This document shows, piece after piece, positions 52,691 to 64,000 of a stretch of 64,000 bases of DNA (position 1 is its first letter; each line of letters opens with the position of its first letter). Under the pieces are notes generated by a model. It was not told the origin of the DNA. It worked only from the letters and a program-made list of their open reading frames with translations, and made no database searches. The stretch is from the NCBI GenBank assembly GCA_003344405.1, contig NOWV01000175.1:62001-126000 (forward strand), read 5' to 3'. A program made the translations under genes and the position numbers. The stretch comes from Trichoplax sp. H2. Taxonomy: Eukaryota.

Positions 52691-55600
52691 CATTTCATTA
52701 AAAATCCTTGGAAAGCTTTTGTCAATAATCTCTATCAATCATGCTATACGTACATTACTCGAGAAATAATATCAATCTTGATGAATTTCTCCTAATTCAT
52801 AAAATGATGTGAATACATTTTTAAAATAAAATTAATGTAGATTAATGAAAAGCGAAGCGAAGAACAAATTGTTGATGGAATGGGCATAAAATCCAATTAA
52901 AGGGATGTTAGATAGTTGGGAAGAATAAAATTGGATGATAGCGTGTCTGCAATTACAATGAATGTCATTGGATGGATGTTATCGTGAAAGTAAATCATTT
53001 AAAAACTCTTTCTATTTTCTTCTGGTTTTACTACCCTTCACCAAAACATCCATTTACATTTCTTTTACATAAGAATAGTTCATGTTTTCTAATAATGAGA
53101 GAATTTCCTATAAAGAAATGGACTGATCTTCTATTACTGTTCGTTAAAAATACGAATCATATCATTCTTACTTAAGAATTACTTGTAATGTCATATACAA
53201 TCATGACAGCAAGAGAATTAATCAGTTGTGATGATGAAAAAGGGTAGAAAGGATGACTGTGAACATGGTAAATTACATCGTTTAATGATATGGTAATAAC
53301 ACCAAGTTGGACCATTTTTTCTCTGCTATTGGAAGAACCATCATGGATTTAATCACTGGATTATTAATTCATTGATCCTTGATAATACATCAACGATCGA
53401 CAAATTTATTCCCACCTTCACCATAATACGATGATTCCTTGTTGTCAAGGACCAATGATCAAATTTAATAAGCGTTAAAGTTGCTATTTTTTCTACCGTT
53501 GCTAGACAACATTTTTATTTTTATTTTAGAACCATTTTCCCATCTTGCACTTAGATCCATTGGACAAGAAATGAATCAAACTGATTATAAGATATAATGA
53601 TAGTTTTCAATTTTGCCTTACCTACTGGATGGGTGATTCCACAGCACTATCTTGCTTCCACTATTAACATGGATCCATGCAATCGATTTAGAAATACAAG
53701 CAGTCGACACGAGATGATGGCCAATAGAAGAGAATCAACAGGGATAAAAGGTAGTAGTAAGATTGATTCTGTTTAACTTTTTCATTCAACGTATCAAAAG
53801 GCGGCTTAAAACATAACAAACTAAACAAGTCAGAAAACAGTAGCTAACTCAACTGGAGATAATTGAATAACTCGAGCAAGCCTGTTCAATCGGTCTTACT
53901 ATCACAACAAGTGCAGCCTTTTTTTCTTTCAGTTTCTTACTTTCTTGTGTATGTATGTGTATGTGTGTTGTTATTTTATTTGATTTACAGTAGAAGTATT
54001 TTGGTATAGATGGCAGACTTTAAAGAGGCAAGAGAGAGCTACACCAGGCATACACACATGTTTCACATCCTGTCTTTCTTTAGCCCGTCTACTACCAAAA
54101 TAGGTAGAAAGATCAGCGCTAGGAATACATCGACTAAACCAACCTAAACATCAGATGGATAACAAGTTGAAATCAAGTAAAATTGATGCTGAATTGGTAT
54201 ACCAGTAAAATTGAATAAGTTAATTGTCATGCGATGAAGAGCAATGGTAATCGATTGCATTGACATCAATACAGACCATGGACTCATTAATAGCTTGATG
54301 ATTATTCTTCAACTCTATTTTCTATCCTATCCATTCTGTCTTGCTATTTTTCTACCTGATTGATTCTTTTCTTTATCATTCGAGGATGGTAATAAATTAA
54401 CAATGATGTATCTATTGTTATTCGACGTTGTTAAGGCGATCATCTATTGTATTAATAAAGATATTGTTATGTTAATGATCGTTATCTAGCGTACAACAAT
54501 AGAGTAGAACAATAGATAAAATTAATTAGGAAATGATGATTCTTTTATCAACAATCCTTGGCTAGCTATTTCAATGATGGTTATTCTATTCAAGAGTAAC
54601 TTTTCTTTTGGTTTACATGCCTAGCAATAGGACAATAATGCAAATGCTTTCTTCTACATGGCGATGCTTGGAAATGGCCATCCTATTCGCTGGATTAGTG
54701 CAAGAATAGATCTATTCGATGGGACTCGATGACGTTGGATAAAAGATATCCATTCTCTTCTTTCCAGTTAAGGTAATTTTCTCTTCCATTTTACTCTATT
54801 CAATGGTCTATTTGCAGTTAGATCTATCATCTTCTATTATAAATGTCAATTGTCGTTTGTTATCGAGATATGATTATGCCACACTCAGGATTCCATCCTT
54901 TCATGTTTATTTCTATTTACTTGATCTTATAGGATAAGGTTATAGTACTAGCGGAAACGCACTTTCTATTTCAGTCAAATCCAATGTCCAATCAGCTTTG
55001 ATTGAGTGCTAAATGGAATCGGTGATGATGTTGAATCAATGAATTAATTCAATGTTTGAATAGCTGAACAGCCTGCTATAATAGACGAATACTTATCGAC
55101 TACAGTTGGTGTACATGTCTACGATACTAACTTGTCCACGTAGTTCGTTCTCTATTTTGCCAGAAGTCAAACTCCATTGGAAAAGGCTACGAGTATGAAC
55201 TTAAAGGAAAGGATGACTGTGTTTCTTCCATAACATCAAAGCCATGATAGTAGCTGGGCAATCGAATAACCATAGAGAAGATAGCTTTGCTTCGCTTGAT
55301 AGTGGCTTTATAACATAGTGTACTACGTGTATTTAAAAAAAAACTGAGTTAATTGATAGCTAATCCCTTAAATCGAAAATCCTGCTTGCTTAGATTAACT
55401 TATGCGGTAGCACTCGATGCACTTCTCTATATGAGCTCATATCCGTCATACTGGTAGGATATCGATTAACAACTAAAAGTACAGTGTAGTTTTGCTTCAT
55501 TGATGACTATATAATCTCGTAAGAAAACTTGGGTATATTAATGGATAGAAATTTGAATCCACAGATGGGCATTTGTTCCTTCACAACTAAAATTAAGATA

Positions 55601-58600
55601 GAGATATCTATCGTAGTGATCTAACTTGATTTAGCAAATTGTGATGTGTTTTCGGCATGGAAACTTAGATGAATACTGCGGTACTGATGCGAAATTCCAA
55701 AAACCGAAAATGTAGCTTGATTTGAGTGACTGTTATCGAAAGAGACAGGCTTAAATGTATTCTAAATACAATTTTCAACCAAGGATAGACTATCCATAAA
55801 CAATCTAAATGCATCTTCATCAGCTTGACTTTAACCTTATGGGGTGGACTCGATAAATTTTTCTGTTGATAAATTCCAATCAATGAATGATCTGTCCGTT
55901 AATAGTTGAAAGTATTACTTGATTTGATGGATTAGCATCGAATAGGCCTAGTTGGAGTGGGTTTCTGAATAACAATTCCATCAGCAAGCAGGCTATCCGT
56001 TAATTTTAGACTCGGGTAACTTTTCTGTAGATAAATTCGGATCGATAGATGATTTATCCGATAATAGCTGGAACTATCGCTTGATTTGATTGACTTGTAT
56101 CAGACAGAACTGGCTAGAGTGGGTTTCTGAATAGCAATTTCATCAACGAACAGGCTATCCGTTAATTATTAACGATCGAAAATAGTTCTTAATTTGACAG
56201 ACAGTAGCTCTACAGAAGTGATCGGATATATTCCTGTACGCTAATTTAAATCAATTAATGCGCTATCCTTAAAAAACTGAAAGTATAATTTGGTCGAATA
56301 AATAAGACCGGGTAGGGCATGGTTAATTGTATTTCTGAATACAAATTGAAATTAGTCAATTGCTGACGGATTTAAATTTTTATTCAAAAATTCATTCAAG
56401 CCTAGCAACCAAGTCGTATTTTTAGTAATTCGTCTATAAATTATCTATTGATTTGAATTAGCTTACCGAAATATTATACTCAAATCTATCCACAAGAATA
56501 TTGGCAATCAAACATAAAACGTACTTTCAGTTATTGAAACATGCATTGTTGACTAAGTTCAATTTAAATTCAAAAACACATCCAAGTCTATCAAATCAAG
56601 GCGTACATTTATTTATTCTCGTATAAATTATCCAACGATTTGAATTCGTACACCGAAATAGGATACTCTGTTTATCCTACCTATAAGATCGTTTGTGTTC
56701 AATTATAAGATGCACTTTGATTGATTAAAAAATACCCTATACCTTCAATACACTTGCCTAAACATATCTGCCAGTTTTTAACATAATTAATCAAGATTTT
56801 CGGTCCACACCTGACAGATTTAGTCAGAGATCACAAATCTGGCAAATTTGTTTGAACAAGTATCTTAAGTACCTATCCGCTAACAATTACAAGTTGAACT
56901 CAACTTGAGTGGACATTATTTGTATATAATGAGATATAATGGAGGTGTTCAGTATATGAATGTTGAATGAACTAATCCACTAATCGTTATTTAGAAGGAT
57001 CTTAATTGGATTGATAGAGTCTGTATATGCTTGTGATAATCCTTTTCTGGGTATACCTGCAGCATAAATTTTACCCAATAATTAGTCTGATTTTATGATT
57101 TGGTTTAATTGACTATAGATGAATATGTAAGGCTAGTACAGTTATGATCTTATTGGATAGGATATGTGTGTTATTATGTAAAGGATTTTGAATCGGTAGG
57201 TAGGCTATCCTTTACGACTAAATGAGCAATAGAATTTGATCAACTTAGACTTTGTAAACGAGTTCGGATTGGAGAATAGGCATCCATAATTTGAATTTAA
57301 ACCGCTAGTATGATTTTTGATTTCGTAACCGATTATAAATTAAATAGTAATAAGTTAAATATGTAACTAAATAGTGCTTAAAAATTAAAACCTGCCTTAG
57401 AAACCGAAAATTTAGCTTGATAGGATAAATTTTTACTACTGGCACGTCACTCTAACAGCAGTAGATGTGATTCGATTCAGTAGACTATTTACCATGTAAA
57501 TAAATCAAGCATGTTTGATTTGATTTGACTTAATGGACTAAGAATACCATCATCGATATCATTTTGGATAGTAGCTGTGGAAAGAAACTTGGTAACTCTT
57601 AGTCTCCTTCTTGAATAAGTTTGCAAGACTTTAAATGGTACATCGAAGAAAAAATGGACAATCAATACCATACAGAATCAGCTTTTTGTCTATCGCAATT
57701 TTAAAGGATAGAATACTGTTCAGGTTCTATATTATTGCAATAATCAATATAAAGTATCTTACATAGAATGGAGCTCGATAACTCCAAATTTCATTCTTTA
57801 AACGATTGTACAATACTTTAAATTGTTTATCGCGGAAGAAATTATACCAAACAGAACCAGCTCTTTGCCTGCTACTATTACAGTATTATTAAGGATCCAG
57901 TACTATTGCAACAATCAATGCCTGAAATCTTGTTATTACACTTTAAAGTACAAACATACGTGTATTGGACAATTTGGGACATTGGCCGCAACTTATATCT
58001 ATCTGCCTAATATATATTTATCCGTCAAGAAAGTTATAAAAGAAATAGTTGAAGGAATGGCTCGTATATTAAAACTGACAATTCGATGCACTTCTTTCAT
58101 TAGCAATACTGTCATGATTTATTAGACTAACCGATTGACTTGAACTAGTATAAATAAAATTAATTTTAAATTGTTACTAAGTAAATTCCTGATTACAGTA
58201 AATCAACGGAAAAGGATTCACATCCAAATGACATTTCATATTGTTATTAGACCGGATTGGAACAAAAATGATACAGAGAGCAAAACGTACTTCAAGCGTA
58301 AATAATAAAAGAATTAAAAAATAAATACATGAACGAAATAATGAAATGATCTTCAAATCAATAATAAGTTATTAATAACTATTGCAAGCCGACAAGATTT
58401 CGAATACAATGAAATAAATTGTGCTTATGAAAGCAAAAAACATTCATGTTTTTCATTCTTGATTGAAGGTAATTAAAAAAATTAACATAGGGTTACCGAC
58501 CATTGTTGTTGCTTATGATTAATTGATTGTGCCAATGAAGTTTATAATTAAATTATTTTCAGAATCATCGGTCTTCTTCAATTATTTTAAATATATTACA

Positions 58601-60399
58601 TACCGGTAGCCGGTAGTGATCATACCTCTACTTTCTAAAATAGTACGACTACAGCTTAAGAATTGATTAAATCCCAAATTTGAAATGAATGATCATCACT
58701 CTTTCCTTAAACTGCCTAGGCTTCTAAAATAGTACTGATTAAGAATTTATAGATTGAATTAATAGTCGATTTTGATAAGTATTGGCTACTTTTACTTAAT
58801 AAGTCTAAAATTCAAAAATTGTTGACTAATTTTCGTAAAATACGTTCATCATGGATTTTAAAATGGCTATCGGTAGCAATGATTTTTCATGATCACACTT
58901 AAGTATCGAAATTTCACGATCAAAGTTCATGAATTAAATTAATTATAGATAAGTAGATGTAAATTTATCACTTTCCTTCATCACGAAACACGACTATGTT
59001 TCCAAAATGCTATTGACTAACAATTATAAACTAATCAAATACTAGAAATGCATGTATTTATCATGACCGGATTTTTAAAACTGTTGACCTGCAGTCATAA
59101 ATTGAATTAATGAAAGATTACAAATGCACTCTGATTATTCTTATTTCACGCCTAAGACTCTAAAACTGGACAGAATAAAGTCCATGAGTTATATTCTTTG
59201 CAGATTATAAATCCATGCTAATTGTTTTACAATCGGGCCTAAATTTTCAAAATCAAAATGGGCCTGACTAAAAATAATTCCTACATTAAATTAATCCTAC
59301 GCAGTTATTTGCTACTGATTTATTAAAGTTGTCCTAGTTCATAGAATGATGCTGGTTTATAAATTGAATTATTCCTATTCGCTACTAAACTATCTATCCA
59401 TACTAGTCATCTTTATGTTACTATGGCAGAGTAATGCCGATTAAAATTTTATAAATTAACTTATTCCTATACAGTAGAAGTATATTCATGCGGCTCACCT
59501 TATTCTTAAATATGTTTCTGTTTCCACACCGTAATTTCAATACTGTGCAGACTAAAATTAAATTATTCTTTCTTTATTCGTCTATACTTATTTTTCCGCT
59601 ATTATCGTGTTACTATTTTCCTGAAAACAGGCGACTAACTACTGTATCACAACAAGATTCTATATAGAGGCATTCCTATCTTGTTTTGATAGATAATACA
59701 GCAAGTTATTTACTGATAAGCTGCTGTTACCTAGAATTTGCCTAGATATTGACCTTGATGATTGCATGTTTAATTAATAATATTATTTTCCGTCATGATA
59801 GCGTTATTTTTTTTTTCTATGAATATACTGACTAACGATCATAAAAATGGTTTCGTAAAGCGGAACTCTTATCTTGATTTCAGTCGATAATCCACCTTAC
59901 TACTCACTGATAAAATACTGTTATCTAGAATTTGTATATATATTTACATACATAATTACATATTTTAAGAATATTATCTAAACTATAATTATAGTATAAT
60001 TGATGCTTACGTCGCTAGACTATAAATTGATTTGCTAATAAAATGTTTGGCTTCGTAGTTTGGTCTACGAGAGTAGTTTCCGTGGCATCCTACTGATCTT
60101 CTATTGTAAATATTTAACCGTTTTTGAATTATCTCGTTAGTACATGTCGATCAATATAGGCCAATACAGGGTTTATAGTTTTAATTTTACTCACACAGGC
60201 CTACGTGCATAGTGCTAAAATTCACGAATGGAATTGGATTTCCACACTATAGATCCCTATATATATTTATTTTCTGTTATTATCCAAATATTCCTTTAAA
60301 AAAATTTAGAATACGAATAATGATATTATTCCATAATAGTAAATTTGTGGGTACGTTGATGATTTTTCAGTATCATTTCAATTTTCATTAAGAATGCTG

Positions 60400-60845
60400 A
60401 AATTGATTACATTATTTGCAATGTTGTAAATATTCAATTGCGCATTGATCATTTCCCGTAATTATTCCAACATTTCTCAAAAATGTTGAAAAGAATAACA
60501 TTATCTCAAATGCAGTAAATCCTCTTCGGTCACTTTCCCTATCCATTCCAGTATTACTTAAAAAACATTGAAAAGAATGACATTAATTTCGATATCGTAA
60601 ATGCTCATTGATCATTGCCCGCAATCATTTTAATATTGATCCAAAAATATTGAATATAATGATGACATTATACTCAGTGTCGTTAATGCTTATTGATCAT
60701 TTCCTGTAATCATTTTAGTATTGCTCCAAAAATGTTGAAAATATTGATATTATTTTCAATGTCGTAATTCCTTATTGATCATTTTCCGTAATGATTCCAA
60801 TATTTCTCAAAAAAATGTTGAAAATAATAACATTATCCCGATATG
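60400..60845. repeat. Degenerate minisatellite, unit ~82 bp, about 5 copies
   Basis: TTGATCATTT...AAAAATGTTGAAA anchors at ~60445, 60527, 60608, 60693, 60775. Confidence 0.8.
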
Positions 60846-61973
60846 GTAAGTTAACATTACAGGACGAGCAAGTAGTCAGATATGTTAAAGCGGCATGGAT
60901 ACCTGCTTATGTATTAGCTTAAAACAGAGAAAGCACTTTGTGATGTCATCAAGTGCAAGTATAAGAAGAATAGCTTCTTGCATGGATCAGGCATAATTAC
61001 CGCAAGTCAAGCGAATATAACTGGTATAATAACTTTCAAAAAATTTAATTCTTTGAGGGCAAATTACAAAAGCAAGTAAGCATCGTCAATGATACCATCT
61101 AACCAGTTAATAAAGAAATCTGTCGTACACAAGGAAGATGGACAAGTGCGTCTGTAAATTATGTATCCATTTATATACACATGGAGTAATTCTACGGGTT
61201 AGAATAGATGACTTGGAATTTACATCAAGAGTACAATGGAATAAAAATCGTTTCCATCAGTGTCTATAGTGGCAATTAACTCACAAATTATATTTCATCG
61301 TGGACTCAAATACAAACCACATTAATTACCACCCAAATTATGTTGAAATAGCAAAAACAAAGGAGACGTCCAACATCTTTAACTAGTATAATCAATTACA
61401 CTCTGAATATATGTTAATGTTATCGTGTCGCAATAAATTACTTTATTATCATATTAGAAAATAGACTAAAACAAGAAAAATTACAACAATCAGAGAAAGA
61501 AGTAAAATATGATAAGAGGGTTTATGTTTTTGAAATCATAAAGTCATTCGGTTATAATTTAATGTAATATCTGATTAAATCAACGGTCATAATTATGAAT
61601 ATTATCCGCTAAGCGTGACATAAGACATCAATTTGAAAATAATAACGAAACACTTTTTGTGTGGTAACACTCTGGATAATTAGTAAACATTTTATATAAA
61701 AATGAATATTGTGCATTTAATAATACATAATAGTTGTGAACTGCTACCAAAAGTATTTCAAAGCTAGGATATTTACATCAATATCATCATGCTCTTTATT
61801 GCTAAAAATCTGATGGTTTAAATATAAGTTTAGCAATTGGTGAATGATTGATTGCTTGCGTCAATCAAGATTTCATACATTTTTATTAAACATTTCATCG
61901 GTGACAAGTTGGTTTTAAATAAAAATTATGCATTTGTAGATAGGATCATCAGTATAGTATCATTTTGGGTGCA

Positions 61974-62537
61974 TTAATCTAGTGTAGATAGATTTATTCT
62001 CTCTTTAGGACTTAAAGCATCTATCAGAAATTCTGTATCACCACGACGCTTTTTCCTATTCGATTCTTCATCCATTGCATCCATAGAATGGAAGATTTCA
62101 TCTTCGCAGCGATAATCCTCTTGTATTTGTATGAGCAGCTGATTTAACTGAATTTTGGTTTTTGCATTTCCAACTAGGTCATCGACGATGGCGCTAACAT
62201 ACTTGGCTAAGCAATTGAAGCATTTAACTAGACTTTTGCATTCCTCATCGACTGCATTTTCAAAACGTTCACGATTATTACAACTCTGACATAATGCAGT
62301 CTGATTTCGACCAGTCCACCGACAATGCTTACACACGTAATGACAGCATAATTTGGATTTTACTGGAAAGACCACCAATCTTCTACACCATGTGCATATC
62401 ATGAGTTGCTGAAAGCGTCTGCAAGACTCTAACAATTCGCTGCAGCTGGTTTCCGACGGTGGTTGTGTTAATAACCGGCAAAGTTCAACGTAGACACTAA
62501 CAGCTACGCTCTTTCTACTTTTTGCCATAGGAATCAT
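61974..62537 (-). CDS. MSL2: MSL2-like RING-finger E3 ubiquitin ligase (RING region only)
   Basis: 187-aa ORF: VYVELCRLL...FQQLMICTWCRRL..P....CCHYVCKHC...CQSC...FE...LVKCFNCLAKYV aligns by eye with the MSL2 N-terminus (LYISASRLV...FRQSLSCCVCG.LL..P...CQHYVCKTC...CSWC...FE...LVNCYKKLCEYI). Confidence 0.8.
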   Translation of the reverse strand: MIPMAKSRKSVAVSVYVELCRLLTQPPSETSCSELLESCRRFQQLMICTWCRRLVVFPVKSKLCCHYVCKHCRWTGRNQTALCQSCNNRERFENAVDEECKSLVKCFNCLAKYVSAIVDDLVGNAKTKIQLNQLLIQIQEDYRCEDEIFHSMDAMDEESNRKKRRGDTEFLIDALSPKERINLSTLD

Positions 62538-64000
62538 TTTTGGTACATGACTAATTGTGACGGTTGGGAGTCAATGCTGGGCTAGTACGATAATAATGCT
62601 GCCTTGAGATGTTGTTGGCAATCCAGTTAATGATCTGTAATAGAATGAATTCAATTCAAATAGGGTTGAGGTTATCAGAAGGTTATTAAAACAGTCCATT
62701 ATAGCCTAGCTAATTACTCATTCTAACTTTAGCTTTGATATTTTAATAAAAATATTATGCTATTTGTAAAGTAGGTTAGTCATGATTGTCTATTTTATTG
62801 AAAGCAGTTATCAGTACAAGAATTATTGTAGGGCTACTTTAACCCTTTAAGAAGTGGTACTGAATATCATCAAGTACAACAATATACGAGTACTATTGTT
62901 GATTAGATTCAACTCGGACTTCATCGCGTAGGTACTTAGCCATTCCTGCGAATTTTGATATCTTTAAAAAAGGCCAATGAGCTCTTAGCATCATGGCTTC
63001 CATCGACTAAGCACTGTACTGTATATGAACAAGTGTGTTGCGTGTAGAATCCATTCGATTTTTAGTAGCTAGTATACAGTAAGTTGTAGTTCTATCAAGC
63101 AGAATGATTGCGAATTTCCAAGGGGGCAACATCTCATGGTAGTGAATGACAAATTGTTGATTACCAATAAACAGATGTAGAGAATGGGTTTTGTAGCCTC
63201 TTCTCATCTGCGATTTCTTTAGTAAAGATAGCCGACTATTCTACGTTACATGGTGCTCACTTCCTACAGTATTACTTTTATCATCCATTACACTACAGGG
63301 AATTAGCAGAAGTCGCTGTACTGATCTATTTCTTATCCATCACTTTAAATGTCGTTTTTCATTTAGACGATACTACAGTATGCTAGACTATAGCTATAGT
63401 ATTTATTGAATCATACTACGATACAGGCTCTTCGAGAAGATAAGAGAATCACTCGATCAGTTCCCTTGCTCTACTTATTGGGGACCTTATAGCGATAGGC
63501 AAGATTGTGGTGATTTCAGTCAATGCATAAAATTAGAAAGTTACTCCATTGATGACACAGTTTACGTAGCGGATTCAACTTGCAAGTCAAGAAGGTAGAA
63601 CAAAGTTGATCGCCTTACAGCCACTCCGAGCTCCAAGTCTACTCCAATGGTAGCACTCATCGTATCCAAAGTAGGAAGAAAATAGACTCAAGTTCAAGTA
63701 TACTGTTGGATGAGTCGAAAGACTTTATTCAACCGATCCAGGTAGAATTATCTCACGCAGTAGCTTACCATCATGGCAATATCAGTAGCAATTGATTGAC
63801 TGTGAATCAATATCTCTATTCGATCCTAGTTGAATCTAGTGGACTATCATGTCAGCAAGTTTGACTATTTGAAGTGATACTGCAGTACTTAAGAGTAATG
63901 CCATTTCCGATTGATCCTAATTCAATCTGCAATGGCGTTAGCTACCATGACAGTCAGCCCTATGATTTGAACTAATAGCGTGCAAACTATCTTGGATCGA

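Noticed and set aside
63617-63670. Minus-strand SATIGVD resembling a Rab switch-I motif
   Set aside because: No flanking GTPase motifs (GxxxxGKS, WDTAGQ) in compatible exons within the window.

Overview
Eukaryotic, AT-rich, intron-dense animal DNA. Short GT-AG introns, the gene set and the compactness suggest a basal metazoan, most likely a placozoan such as Trichoplax; this is an inference, not shown by the sequence. The first ~35 kb holds three consecutive head-to-head gene pairs: methionyl-tRNA synthetase (-)/MRPL32 (+), an SLC30A/ZnT zinc transporter (-)/CDK5RAP3 (+), and an ATF2/ATF7-type bZIP factor (-)/ERICH2-like gene (+). A candidate tiny GPI-anchored glycoprotein gene lies at ~2.4-2.8 kb. 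The rest is gene-poor: an intronless rhodopsin-class GPCR (-), ~20 kb of non-coding DNA with degenerate tandem arrays, and a RING-only MSL2-like ORF (-). Most interesting observations: TACAGTA/CTGTAC-rich islands at every divergent gene head and inside an ATF2 intron upstream of a putative alternative first exon; six IDFGD/IDYGD motifs in CDK5RAP3 in place of IDWG; a possible mitochondrial presequence on the cytosolic-type MetRS; four GTCACGTG boxes between ZnT and CDK5RAP3; a perfect CRE upstream of ATF2; and a gene set whose human orthologues sit near the HOX clusters. All exon structures were assembled by eye and need RNA-seq confirmation. No prokaryotic systems, CRISPR arrays, RNA genes or coding transposons were recognised.
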